Virus record (IMG/VR): IMGVR_UViG_3300027963_000003
Direction: 5' to 3' (one strand)
From: an uncultured virus (IMG/VR IMGVR_UViG_3300027963_000003)
Taxonomy: Duplodnaviria; Heunggongvirae; Uroviricota; Caudoviricetes
DNA: 64,000 nucleotides
The stretch's first letter is position 1, and each line of letters starts with the position of its first letter. Below are positions 8,601 to 18,420 of the stretch, piece after piece. The position numbers and the translations under genes are program-made. The notes under the pieces were generated by a model, which did no database searches, had not been told where the DNA came from, and saw only the letters and a list, made by a program, of their open reading frames with translations.

Positions 8601-9512
8601 TTAGAATGAACCAGAGGAACCATACATTCCTAGTGGATCAGACCAGCCGAAGCTGTAACGCTCACGGGACTTGTAACGGACGTTGCCGGTATCAAAATCG
8701 CCGTCCATTGAATTGCTCAATGGGGTACGAACAAAGTGCTTCAAACCATTAGGAACATCAGTGGTCAAGAACCATGCGTTTGTATCGGTCAAGAAGTTAT
8801 TAACTGTATAACCTTCAGCGATAGAACCGTTGTTCTTAATTGCATTGATGTCATTGTTGTTTGTACCAACACGCAGTTCTGTTTCGAGCAAACGAGTTGC
8901 AACGAACTGTAGTGCAGGAGGAACAACCAACTTCTTAGGTTTAGCAGCGATTAACAAGCCACGCTCGTCTGTCCAAGCAGCGATTTGAATAACAGCGTTT
9001 TCCAACGAAGTTTCATTCAAGTCAGCTTGAGTAGATGGAGTGTTGCCGTTAGTACCACCACTTACCAATGGGTGAGCAGTGCTAAATAGAGCAACGCCGT
9101 CACCGCCTGTATAGGCAGCAGAGAAGCCGTTATTCAATGTAGCAGCAGCTTTAACCTGTTTGGTATAAGCCATAGCACGAGCTAGACCTTTGGTGTAGCG
9201 AGCAGATAAAGAATCGTAGAGGTTGTCTTCGATTGCTTCTTCAGTCAAGCTAAAGCCAAGGGCGATAGTTTCGTGGTTGTAGCGAGCTGTCCATGCTTCT
9301 TGAGCATTGTCATAAGCGATGGCTGAACCTTCGTTTTTGACAGGTGCTGCGGAGAAACCCGACAGTTTTGTTTCTTCTTCGAACGAACGCTCAGAGGTCT
9401 CAGTATCGTAGATCTCTTTGTGTTGTTCACCGTAGCGAGCATACTCTAATCCGAACAAAGCATTCAGTCCAGGGAGCAACTCTTTCAGTAGTTGTGCGCG
9501 TGAAATAGCCAT
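8601..9512 (-). CDS. Major capsid protein (Mu gpT-like, HK97 fold)
   Basis: MAISRAQLLKELLPGLNALFGLEY...YKSRERYSFGWSDP; strong codon bias; terminator follows. Confidence 0.85.
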   Translation of the reverse strand: MAISRAQLLKELLPGLNALFGLEYARYGEQHKEIYDTETSERSFEEETKLSGFSAAPVKNEGSAIAYDNAQEAWTARYNHETIALGFSLTEEAIEDNLYDSLSARYTKGLARAMAYTKQVKAAATLNNGFSAAYTGGDGVALFSTAHPLVSGGTNGNTPSTQADLNETSLENAVIQIAAWTDERGLLIAAKPKKLVVPPALQFVATRLLETELRVGTNNNDINAIKNNGSIAEGYTVNNFLTDTNAWFLTTDVPNGLKHFVRTPLSNSMDGDFDTGNVRYKSRERYSFGWSDPLGMYGSSGSF

Positions 9513-9523
9513 TATCTAGCTCC

Positions 9524-10423
9524 TTATAATGTAGCTGAGTTAGTAGTATTGCTATAGTAGCTATGAATACCAAAATTCAATTTTACAATTGCTTCTTGAT
9601 AAATCGTAAATACTATAGTTGCGGCTGCTGGAATAGTAACGCCAGTAGAGGCAGTGCCTGTTGGAGCGTTAACTGTTGCAGCTTGAGCATTAATACTAAC
9701 AGTTTGTGAACCTGTGCCTGTTACAGCAGAGGAAACTCTTGAGCCAGTACCGATTAACTGACCATTAGAGGCTAGATAAGCAACATCTGTTCCAACTGGA
9801 AGTGTTCTGGTTAAACCAGTACAAACCAAGCTAGTAGTACCACCACCACTGGATAAAGTCGCTGTAGCAGTAATAGCTGTGTCAGGAACAACGTCAACAA
9901 TACGGAAAGGCAGAGTTGAAGTTGCTGCTGCTGTAGCAGCTACGATAGCGTTAGACGAATTACCAGTGCTAGTGCTACCAGCTAAGTTAGAACCGTTGAC
10001 GTTTTGACCAATGTCCATACGTGCAATAGAACCAATAGTAGTAGAACCATCAGAAATAACTGCTGCAACACGGAACAATGTATCTGGATCATCAGTTACG
10101 ATAGCAACCGCGTCACCAGCCAAAGTACCAGCGGGCCAATACTGAGCAAACTGCTTTTGCTTAGTTAAAGGGTTAGTGTATGTGCAACCTAAAAATACGC
10201 CAACGCCACCACCGCCAGTGCCGCCAGTAGTAGCACCTGCACCTGTAGTAACAACGGAACGTACAGCAAAACCACGAGCAATACCAACAACATCGCCATA
10301 AAAAATATTAGTGTTAAAGCCATACTGAATCGGAATATTACGAGTCGATCCAGCAAATACTTGACCACCAATAAGATTAATAGGCTTCAGCCCGTAAGGG
10401 GCGTCAATGATAGGATAAGCCAT
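9524..10423 (-). CDS. Putative capsid decoration/minor capsid protein
   Basis: DAPYGLKP...IFYGD...GVFLGC.YT pattern; between scaffold region and capsid gene. Confidence 0.6.
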   Translation of the reverse strand: MAYPIIDAPYGLKPINLIGGQVFAGSTRNIPIQYGFNTNIFYGDVVGIARGFAVRSVVTTGAGATTGGTGGGGVGVFLGCTYTNPLTKQKQFAQYWPAGTLAGDAVAIVTDDPDTLFRVAAVISDGSTTIGSIARMDIGQNVNGSNLAGSTSTGNSSNAIVAATAAATSTLPFRIVDVVPDTAITATATLSSGGGTTSLVCTGLTRTLPVGTDVAYLASNGQLIGTGSRVSSAVTGTGSQTVSINAQAATVNAPTGTASTGVTIPAAATIVFTIYQEAIVKLNFGIHSYYSNTTNSATL

Positions 10424-10440
10424 TTAAATCTCCTAATTAA

Positions 10441-10896
10441 TTAATTACCTTTACCAAAACTAGTCGAGGATTTACGCTCATTAAAGAGTGGCATCCTTGG
10501 GTCGCTTTGGCGCATTAAGTTATTATCTACAGCGTCGGTTTGATCTTGTGTCTGTTTGGCGTAATACGCCGCACGTTGTTCCACAAACTCAATTGGAGTT
10601 TTGCAAAGTAATAACCCGCCAATCTCGATATTGTCTTTAAAACGACTACCGGGATCGACTAACAGTTGGAATTTTGGTTGTTCTTCAATCTTTACTGCTT
10701 CCCAACCTTCTCGCAATTTAGCGGATAAGTTGCGTGGATCAGCATTATTTAGGGTTGAGACACGAATCCAACGATAAGCAAAGCCAGCCTCTTTGTCAGG
10801 CTCGGGGAGTAACTCAGCGGGTGCCCACTGTTTAGGGCGCTCTTGGGTTTCACGGCTTTCCAGCTCACGTTTAAGTCTATTTTTTACTTCAGCCAT
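10441..10896 (-). CDS. Conserved head-operon hypothetical protein
   Basis: Start at MAEVKNR; YRWIR...KLREGWE motif. Confidence 0.6.
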   Translation of the reverse strand: MAEVKNRLKRELESRETQERPKQWAPAELLPEPDKEAGFAYRWIRVSTLNNADPRNLSAKLREGWEAVKIEEQPKFQLLVDPGSRFKDNIEIGGLLLCKTPIEFVEQRAAYYAKQTQDQTDAVDNNLMRQSDPRMPLFNERKSSTSFGKGN

Positions 10897-11872
10897 TCTG
10901 GGCCTCCAGTTTTGTAAGTTCACGGGCGTACTGCTCAGGTGTTAGTCCTAGTTTTTTAGATAGGGCAACTTGCGTACTACTCAACCTAATTTTTTTAGGC
11001 GAAGTACTGCGCGATGCTGGCGCTACAACCGTACTTGCTTTAGGTTTTGAAGTTTTCTGTGGTTCTTCTGCCCTAACCTTTTCGGCTCCAGAATCTTGAT
11101 CGTCTTCAAAATTTTCAGGAAACCGACGACGCATTGTTTTATCAATATTGTCATAATACTCATCCGAACCGATTGTTACACCGTTTCGTTTTAACTTTTC
11201 ATGCAATCCTAAGGCAAGTGAGGTCATTTCTTCGTCTTGACCAAACCACTCATTCCTTTGTTGCCAGTCGACAGCTTTGTTGTCGGGACGAGGAATAGAT
11301 TGCTCTTGAGGGATTTGTACCTCATTTTGTTCGTCTTCGACAGGTTTTTTGTAAATTGGATTGTAATTGTCCAATTTGTCAACTTTAATCTTTGCCATTG
11401 TCAAACGTTCTTGCGCTTCAACTAGCTTTTCGGAATCCCCTGCGTCATAAGCGTCACGGTATTCTTTTTTAGCGGCGGATAGCTCTTGAACGGCTGATTG
11501 TTTAGCAACGCCTACATACTCTTCTTCACCGCTAGAAAGCTTAGATTTGAGTTGTTTATTCTCATCAGCTAGCTTTTGAGCGATACGAACAGCTTCTTGG
11601 CGTTCTCTATCGGCAGATTCTTTAGCACGCCGTTCATCGTGCCAAACTTTTTTCATCTTAATAAGCTTGTCTTTAGCCTCAACACTGTACTGATCTAGCT
11701 CATCAGTTTCCAATTTAAGGTTTTTAACTTCTTCTTCAGACACGGGTTGACGGTTACGATCCTTTGGTGGGGTATCGTCCTCAATTTCAATTTCAATTTC
11801 TGGTTCTTTATCGAGTTCTACCGAAATATCGGGTTCCTTCTCGTCTGGGAACTTATATTCTACTTGATCCAT
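10889..11872 (-). CDS. Putative scaffolding protein
   Basis: Acidic coiled-coil protein upstream of the capsid gene; C-terminal KKLGLTPEQYA. Confidence 0.65.
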   Translation of the reverse strand: MDQVEYKFPDEKEPDISVELDKEPEIEIEIEDDTPPKDRNRQPVSEEEVKNLKLETDELDQYSVEAKDKLIKMKKVWHDERRAKESADRERQEAVRIAQKLADENKQLKSKLSSGEEEYVGVAKQSAVQELSAAKKEYRDAYDAGDSEKLVEAQERLTMAKIKVDKLDNYNPIYKKPVEDEQNEVQIPQEQSIPRPDNKAVDWQQRNEWFGQDEEMTSLALGLHEKLKRNGVTIGSDEYYDNIDKTMRRRFPENFEDDQDSGAEKVRAEEPQKTSKPKASTVVAPASRSTSPKKIRLSSTQVALSKKLGLTPEQYARELTKLEAQNG

Positions 11873-11882
11873 AAACTACTCC

Positions 11883-12293
11883 TTAAACAAATTTACGTGA
11901 GATGCCACGAGGATCCTGAACTACGGCCTCTACGGAGTCATCATTGATAATGCGGAATTCACGACCATGAATAACTAGGCGTGTACCTGCATTAGGGCGG
12001 GTTAGGATGAAATCGCCTTGTTTACACCAGGCTCCGGTTGGGAAACGGCTAGTGTCTTTAAAACAATCTGGACCCAGTGCAACCACAAAAAGCACGGTTG
12101 TTAGGAGTTCGTCATGTCGGCGGGTTTCGTCAGATTTTAGAATGCCACTATCAAAAGATTCTTCTGCTTCCGGAATGGCGCATAAAATTCTGTATCCCGT
12201 TGGTTCTGGGAGTTGCTTTGCTTTGTCTTCTGCTGCTTTGTGCATTACTGCACTTAAATCTACTGCTTGTGATAAATCAATAGGGCTATTCAT
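11883..12293 (-). CDS. groES: GroES-like co-chaperonin
   Basis: P.GYRIL...SGIL...VVALGPD...GDFIL...G.EFRIINDDSVEAVV matches the Cpn10 pattern. Confidence 0.8.
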   Translation of the reverse strand: MNSPIDLSQAVDLSAVMHKAAEDKAKQLPEPTGYRILCAIPEAEESFDSGILKSDETRRHDELLTTVLFVVALGPDCFKDTSRFPTGAWCKQGDFILTRPNAGTRLVIHGREFRIINDDSVEAVVQDPRGISRKFV

Positions 12294-12483
12294 CGTCAGA
12301 ATTTTCCAAGTTTTTTCTTAGGTCTAATATATTAAGACGTGCGGTTAGCAGACCTTGTATCTCGCCACACTTCTTTTGGTAATCAGCGTAGTCAGTTGCT
12401 GCGCCTTTTCCTAGAGACTCCTGTAAAATCTCCACCTTTTCATCTATCTGTCGTAATAGATGATTTAGTCCTTTTTCAAGCAT
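12286..12483 (-). CDS. Hypothetical protein
   Basis: 65 aa; DYADYQKKCGEIQGL; translationally coupled between portal and GroES. Confidence 0.65.
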   Translation of the reverse strand: MLEKGLNHLLRQIDEKVEILQESLGKGAATDYADYQKKCGEIQGLLTARLNILDLRKNLENSDDE

Positions 12484-14948
12484 TATTCACCTTTCGTAGG
12501 GGTTTCTTTCATGCTCATTTCTCTAGCAAGTTCCATTCCCATCCTTACGCCTTCCATCTCTTGTTCAGCAGTACGGTTTTTGTCATCCGTCTGAACTTTA
12601 ATAGAAGCATTAAGTCCGGCAATACGTTCTTGCGAAGTAATACGATCTCGCTCAATCTGGAGTCGGTCAGCACTTTCCGCTGTATCCGCCATGAGCTTCT
12701 TCTCTTTTAGTTCAAGCTCTTTAGCCTGTAACTGTAGTTCCTGTTGCTGCATTTGAACCACTGGATCTTGCTGCGCCTGTTGTGCTTGCTGCGCTGCAAT
12801 CTCAGTCTTATTGCGTTGTAACAACTTCATTGAAGCATCAGCAGCCAAACGAGAAAGTTGTAGTTCGATTTCTGGTGGCAACTTAGCGTCATCTTCCTCG
12901 CTGTAGGGAATTGGTGCGCCAATCATTTCTTCAATCTGTTGACGGTATGCGTAGCCTAAATGCTCATTAATATGAGCCAGCATAGCAGCCTGCAGTTGTG
13001 GAGCGGCTGGATTCATTTGTAGAATCTGTTGAATTTTAGGGTCTTGCATAGCGCTCATGTGGACTTTGATATGGGCTTCGTGGTCTTGGTAGATAAACGC
13101 TTTGAGTGGTTTACCTCTTAGGACATTCATGTTCTCCGTGACCGGATCGGTAGGTTTCTGATCGTCTTCCATTGGGACGAGCTTTGCCGCATTCTTAATC
13201 CCCAGTACATCGAGCATCTGCCTATGGAGAAGCGGCAGGTTGTATAATTGGGGTGCTCCTTGCGCCAGTTGTAATACTGCTTGGTATTGGACAATCTTTT
13301 GCGCCATTGTCGCCGCATTGGGATCCGACACTGGAATGACTTCAACATTGTCATAATCGCTTTTCTTAGCCTTGGATGACCCTTCGACTGGCTCATAGCT
13401 ATATTCCTCTGGTGTGTAGTCTGCAATGATTTTCTTTAAGAGTTTAAACTCTTGTTTCATTGAGTAGTGAATACGGGCTTGAATAGCCGACATCACTTTT
13501 AGCGTACGCTCTAGAATTGCCAGAGTTGTCCCAACAGGAGCGTTAGCGCTCATATCAGATACTTTCATATCACTTGCAGACGCAAACGAGCGGCCTTCGG
13601 CAATAATCTTATCAAGCAGTCCGGCAAGGACGAGGCTTGGCTCCTTATAAGGAAGCGTCATAATGTTGTCTTTCATTGTTCCAGACGGTACGTCTACGTC
13701 ACGGAACTCCCCCGGTGCTATCGGCGTGTCGTCGCCTTTGGTACGCAATCCACGGGTCTTAAAGCCACCTGGCAAGTTGCTAAGTGATCCAGCGTCAACG
13801 AGCTGACGGAGAATGGAAGTGCCTGATTTAGCAAATGCACCGATGAGATGAATAAGACCAAAGCAGTAGAAGCCAAAGCCGGGTATATAACCATAATGAA
13901 CAAAGTGTTGACGCTTTTGATGAGTTTCATCTTCGGGGTCCCAATTTCGTCTAATCGAAAGAACGGTCATACTACCTTTTTCGATAGTCACTACGTACGG
14001 CAATGCTACGCCTGTAGGTTCCCCGTCCTCATCCTTATGCTCGTAACCAGGTAAGTCTAAGGTAACGTGCATCTCAAGAACCTTAAAGCGATCATCGCTA
14101 GAGGCCCTAAATCCGAGTTTCTCGGCAATCTTTTTCTCAACTTCATCTAATACGTTGTCTGGTGTACCTAAGTCTACATCACGATAAAAACCCGCTACTT
14201 GCAAACGACGAAGTTCATTCTCTGTCTTTCGCATTATGTGGGTTACACGCTCTGAAGTCTCTAAGCTAGATGCACCATATGGAACTACGATGTCTTCGGC
14301 TGGTACAAACATACTGACTTGACGATCTAACGCTGGGTCAATGTAAACCTTTTTAAACGCATTACCAGCAAGACCCAAGCCCCATAACATACGCTCATGC
14401 TCAGGGCGGTACTCTTGCATACGATCAGTCAACTGATAGTTCATATCATCTTGAACACGTTCAGCAGATTCTTTTTTCTCTGGTGTTTCTTTACCGATAA
14501 TCTGTGTCTTAACTGGACCCGTTGCTGGGAACGTAGCCATCATTGTTTCTGATTGGAACTTAACAAGGGCCTCACTTAAGATAGGGTGGTATACACCACA
14601 AGCGCCGGGCCAAGGTTCCATACGCTCTTCAATCTTCATACCAAGAAGTTCAAGTCCATCTACATACGTCTGTATCCAATCTTTACGAGAGGAGATGTCA
14701 GAATCAAAGTCTTCAATAAGGTCGCCAACCATATTGGCTAGGTCGCCTTCATCCATGTACTCGGCTAAGTTTGCATCAAAGTCTTCGTCACTTGGCTCTT
14801 TATCTTCTTTTTCTAGATTTATTTCTAAACCGTCCATACCAATACTAACTGACTCTGGATCTTCAATTTCGATCTCAATGTCTGGTTCCGCACCTGCTAG
14901 CGCCTCTAATCCCTCTGGGGCTTGATATAAACCTTTTTCCATTGCCAT
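12483..14948 (-). CDS. Portal protein
   Basis: 821 aa directly after the terminase; Gln-rich C-terminal coiled coil (P22-like barrel). Confidence 0.8.
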   Translation of the reverse strand: MAMEKGLYQAPEGLEALAGAEPDIEIEIEDPESVSIGMDGLEINLEKEDKEPSDEDFDANLAEYMDEGDLANMVGDLIEDFDSDISSRKDWIQTYVDGLELLGMKIEERMEPWPGACGVYHPILSEALVKFQSETMMATFPATGPVKTQIIGKETPEKKESAERVQDDMNYQLTDRMQEYRPEHERMLWGLGLAGNAFKKVYIDPALDRQVSMFVPAEDIVVPYGASSLETSERVTHIMRKTENELRRLQVAGFYRDVDLGTPDNVLDEVEKKIAEKLGFRASSDDRFKVLEMHVTLDLPGYEHKDEDGEPTGVALPYVVTIEKGSMTVLSIRRNWDPEDETHQKRQHFVHYGYIPGFGFYCFGLIHLIGAFAKSGTSILRQLVDAGSLSNLPGGFKTRGLRTKGDDTPIAPGEFRDVDVPSGTMKDNIMTLPYKEPSLVLAGLLDKIIAEGRSFASASDMKVSDMSANAPVGTTLAILERTLKVMSAIQARIHYSMKQEFKLLKKIIADYTPEEYSYEPVEGSSKAKKSDYDNVEVIPVSDPNAATMAQKIVQYQAVLQLAQGAPQLYNLPLLHRQMLDVLGIKNAAKLVPMEDDQKPTDPVTENMNVLRGKPLKAFIYQDHEAHIKVHMSAMQDPKIQQILQMNPAAPQLQAAMLAHINEHLGYAYRQQIEEMIGAPIPYSEEDDAKLPPEIELQLSRLAADASMKLLQRNKTEIAAQQAQQAQQDPVVQMQQQELQLQAKELELKEKKLMADTAESADRLQIERDRITSQERIAGLNASIKVQTDDKNRTAEQEMEGVRMGMELAREMSMKETPTKGE

Positions 14949-14956
14949 ATTAATCC

Positions 14957-16483
14957 TTAAACATTGTAGTAGCCCCGATTACGGCTGCTCTTAAACTCTT
15001 TAATATCATCTGGCTCGTCAGACGCCAAACGAATAAACCCACCTTTACGGTAACGAAGCAACGCTTGACTCATGGAGTCAACTAAGTCGTCATGCTCTCC
15101 CGAAGGAAACGAAGCTACTTCTTCTACAAGTTCTTCCGCCCAATGAGTATTAGGAACCCAGACGTGTCCACTTGCAAATATATCAGCAACAGCGTTAAGT
15201 CGCGCTATTTTATCATTTCCTCTGCTAGGAGTATACTCTTGTACCGGAATTCCCATAGCTCTTAGCTCAAATACGAGTGGAGCACCCGAAGCTTTAGCCT
15301 CTACGATGAGTGCATCTGGCTCCCATTCCTTATATTCTTGAAATGCACGTTGCTTTAACTCAGGAAACTCCATACGTTGTTTAAAACAGTTGAGAAGTAT
15401 GATATTTGCTTGTTCCCGCCCCGTAGAATCTGGTCTATAGAACACTCCCCATGTAGTACAGGCTGAGTAATCGCTGCGTTCTGTCTTTAAAAACGCTGTA
15501 TCCCAGCTTTGAATCATAAATTCACAGTACGGTGGGTCTTCTTGCTCCCAAACCTTCCACCATTCACGTTTTATGATGGCATTAACGTCCGATGTAGGCT
15601 GCTGCATGTACTGAGCCATCCATTTACCTGACGGAAGTTCAGCATGTAACGCTTCTAGCTCAAGTTTAGACCAAAATTCGGGCCATAAGGGTTTACCCGA
15701 AGGTAAAAGTGCAGGAAATTCAATGACTTCCCACTCTTCTCCGCTTCTTTGGGCTGCAGATTTGATAACTTGACCCGTTAAATCACGTTTTGACCACCGT
15801 GTCATAACAATTACGATTGCTCCACCCGGTTGTAGACGCTGCCTAGGACCTGATGTGTACCATTCGTGAGTTTTATCGTAGACTTCTGGGTTAGTTTCAG
15901 CTATTGTGGCTTCTTGTTCTGAGTGTGGGTCGTCGATAATAAGCAAATCAGCACCTTTACCCGTGACCGCACCGCCAACACCAATAGCGAAATAGTCTCC
16001 ACCCTTGTTAGTCGCCCATCGGCCCGCAGCTTTAGAATCCGACTGAAGAGCCACATCGGGGAAAATATCTTTATACACGTCCGAATCCACCAAATTTCGA
16101 ACTTTACGACCAAAACCCACTGCAAGCTCAGCTGTATGAGAGGTCTGAATAACCTTTTTACCTGGGAATTTACCCAAGAACCAAGCTGGAAGCAGATACG
16201 ACGCAAACTCGGACTTAGTGTGGCGAGGAGGCATATTAATAATAAGCCGTTTACATGTTCCATTAGCTACCCTTTCAAACGCTCGTGCCATTTTAACGTG
16301 ATGTCGCCCGTGAATAAAGTTAGGCCATACGTAATTAACGTAGGTCATGAAGTCGTCTTTAGCTTCTTCCTGTGCCGCAATGTCGCTACGCTCTTCCAAT
16401 AGCTTACCTATCTTAGCCCGTACTTCTGGGGGGAGCTTGTCTTTGTTTGCGTTTAGAAGTTTTAATTTATCAGGGTTTATCAA
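14957..16483 (-). CDS. terL: Terminase large subunit
   Basis: MPPRHTKS Walker A variant, LLIIDDP Walker B, SWDTA and HDDLVDSMSQAL RNase H-like nuclease motifs. Confidence 0.92.
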   Translation of the reverse strand: MINPDKLKLLNANKDKLPPEVRAKIGKLLEERSDIAAQEEAKDDFMTYVNYVWPNFIHGRHHVKMARAFERVANGTCKRLIINMPPRHTKSEFASYLLPAWFLGKFPGKKVIQTSHTAELAVGFGRKVRNLVDSDVYKDIFPDVALQSDSKAAGRWATNKGGDYFAIGVGGAVTGKGADLLIIDDPHSEQEATIAETNPEVYDKTHEWYTSGPRQRLQPGGAIVIVMTRWSKRDLTGQVIKSAAQRSGEEWEVIEFPALLPSGKPLWPEFWSKLELEALHAELPSGKWMAQYMQQPTSDVNAIIKREWWKVWEQEDPPYCEFMIQSWDTAFLKTERSDYSACTTWGVFYRPDSTGREQANIILLNCFKQRMEFPELKQRAFQEYKEWEPDALIVEAKASGAPLVFELRAMGIPVQEYTPSRGNDKIARLNAVADIFASGHVWVPNTHWAEELVEEVASFPSGEHDDLVDSMSQALLRYRKGGFIRLASDEPDDIKEFKSSRNRGYYNV

Positions 16484-17096
16484 AGTCTTCTACTTTCTCA
16501 ACCACTTTTTCTGGCTCTGGAATCCCTAGGTCTTCGTCAGACATTTCAAGGAGGCTTCTTTCCTTTATTACTTCGTCAAGCTCGTTGTCTTCTTCTACTG
16601 GAACTACGTCCCCAAGATACTTTTCTAGGATGGTTGCTAGCTCTGCGTCTACGTCTTCGATGTTTCTATGTTTTATATCAAGTTCTATACGTTCCGTAAA
16701 CAACCCAACTGATCCAACTTTGCCTAGCATCTCTAAAGCTTTTAAACGAATACGGGCATCTTCATCAATGGTTTCAAGCAAGAGTTTATTAGTGACATAG
16801 GAGCGGAGGCGACTAGAGACGTTTAACAAGTCCCTATCATATTCGGAGAGTATCGCTTCTAAATGTACTAGCGCTCCCGCATTTTTTTCCGTGACTTTAA
16901 GGGGAGCGTTGCTCGCTGCCGCACCTCGGGCCTTTACCCTGGAGTCTTCGGTAATTTCTATCTCGCCGCCTAAGGCAACGATTTCTTTAATTGTCTCTAC
17001 TGCAGCTTTGGCTCTATCTCTGAACTGCTCTATCTCTTCCGGTGTTGTATTGAAAGGGAAAGGTATTCCAGATTCTGGCTCAATCACTATAGGCAT
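16470..17096 (-). CDS. Putative terminase small subunit
   Basis: Immediately upstream of terL; RLKALEMLGKVGSVGLFTER motif. Confidence 0.6.
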   Translation of the reverse strand: MPIVIEPESGIPFPFNTTPEEIEQFRDRAKAAVETIKEIVALGGEIEITEDSRVKARGAAASNAPLKVTEKNAGALVHLEAILSEYDRDLLNVSSRLRSYVTNKLLLETIDEDARIRLKALEMLGKVGSVGLFTERIELDIKHRNIEDVDAELATILEKYLGDVVPVEEDNELDEVIKERSLLEMSDEDLGIPEPEKVVEKVEDFDKP

Positions 17097-17116
17097 TCGT
17101 TAGCCCCGTATAGTTT

Positions 17117-17473
17117 TCATTGAACGGAGTTTAGCATCTTTTCTTCGTAATGATGTATTCGGTGGCAGTTTGCGCAAAGGACTATGCACTTTTTTAATTC
17201 TTCTTGTAGCTTAGCGTATTGCCCGTTTGATAGTAAGCGGTGGATGTTTGCTTCTTTTTTACTTGGGTCTTCGTGGTGAAAGTCAAGAGCTGCTGAGTGA
17301 GCAAACCCGCATTTGGTACAGGCTAGGGTAGCTTTATATTCTTTCCACTCTGCCTTAAAAGCTTTCTTCTTGTCAATTGTTTTTTGTATTACCGCTTCTC
17401 TATTGGCTTCATAGTGTTTGCGGCTTTGCTCTTTGTGGTACGCTTTGCGTTTTTCTGGGTCTTTATATGGCAT
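17117..17473 (-). CDS. HNH endonuclease
   Basis: C..CG...LDFHH...C.VLCANCHRIHH. Confidence 0.85.
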   Translation of the reverse strand: MPYKDPEKRKAYHKEQSRKHYEANREAVIQKTIDKKKAFKAEWKEYKATLACTKCGFAHSAALDFHHEDPSKKEANIHRLLSNGQYAKLQEELKKCIVLCANCHRIHHYEEKMLNSVQ

Positions 17474-17894
17474 CTTCTAACTTATAAGTTTTGATTGGTC
17501 CACTACTGTTTGCATCTACGTTACATGCCCATTCTACTCCTTCTTCGGCAGTTAAACCCATACGTAGGCAAACCTCTGCTGCCATGCTTCCGGATCCAAT
17601 AGCCATAAAGGTTCGAACCCTTTCCCACTCAAGGTCATCCCCGCAGGAAAACAAACCCTCTTTAGTCATCTTTAAAAACGAACTGTCAGATTTTAGTTTT
17701 GGCTTAACTTTAGTTTTCTTGTTTACGTACTCAATTACTTTTTCCGCATCGCAATAATTCCCTGCAACTCCAATAAAACCGCCGTCTACAGGGAAAATCT
17801 TATCTTCAAAATACTTTATACCTGTATCAGAATCAGTGAACTGACTATCCGCAACTAGCACTTTCCTTCTCCAGTCGCCAATAATTGTTGTCAT
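17463..17894 (-). CDS. HslV/proteasome-beta-like Ntn-hydrolase (putative peptidase)
   Basis: N-terminal M-T-T-I, ADSQ, K.F, GVAG, AIGSGS..A, D..SSG motifs. Confidence 0.65.
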   Translation of the reverse strand: MTTIIGDWRRKVLVADSQFTDSDTGIKYFEDKIFPVDGGFIGVAGNYCDAEKVIEYVNKKTKVKPKLKSDSSFLKMTKEGLFSCGDDLEWERVRTFMAIGSGSMAAEVCLRMGLTAEEGVEWACNVDANSSGPIKTYKLEDAI

Positions 17895-18037
17895 TTTGTA
17901 GCCATCATATACAAACCAACGTTGCCAAGGGCATACCCAATATAGCAGACCGCCATACCCATGTTTCCTTTATAGCCTTGCTCTGCAGCTATGTAGGTGT
18001 AGATTGCACCTGTAACAATAATAAGCCATGCACTCAT
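17891..18037 (-). CDS. Small membrane protein (48 aa)
   Basis: Read manually: MSAWLIIVTGAIYTYIAAEQGYKGNMGMAVCYIGYALGNVGLYMMATK; ATGA overlap with the next gene. Confidence 0.6.
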   Translation of the reverse strand: MSAWLIIVTGAIYTYIAAEQGYKGNMGMAVCYIGYALGNVGLYMMATK

Positions 18038-18130
18038 TCGAATCCCTTGTTTTGCGTATTATATTACACATTTTTGGGTTACGTTTTATTAAAGTTTCAT
18101 GCACTTGGGGGCCGTAGCCCCCTGATTTTA

Positions 18131-18268
18131 TTACTTTTTCTTGCTATACAAGTCTTTCCAAGTATCCATTACGCAGTTGTACCAAAACTCGTACGCTTGC
18201 TTGCTCTGCTTGGTTACAGTCTCAAACTTCTCTAGTGCATCTTTGTATTGCTTTTCAAAATCAAACAT
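18131..18268 (-). CDS. Small amphipathic helical protein (45 aa), possibly phasin-like
   Basis: Read manually: MFDFEKQYKDALEKFETVTKQSKQAYEFWYNCVMDTWKDLYSKKK; AAGGA RBS. Confidence 0.5.
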   Translation of the reverse strand: MFDFEKQYKDALEKFETVTKQSKQAYEFWYNCVMDTWKDLYSKKK

Positions 18269-18340
18269 GGTTTTTCCTTTAAGTTTTTGTGTTACATGTA
18301 ACACATTTGTTGCGGTGCACCAATTATAGCATAAATATAG

Positions 18341-18420
18341 ATGTGTACAGATTTTGCGGTTTTGTATACATGTTTTTTGGATATGTACATTTTTTGGAGT
18401 TTTGTAGACACGTTTTTTTG
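18341..18420. repeat. Degenerate 2 x 40-bp tandem repeat with phased TGTA(N2)CA and T-tracts
   Basis: 18341-18380 versus 18381-18420 match at 32/40 by eye. Confidence 0.6.
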
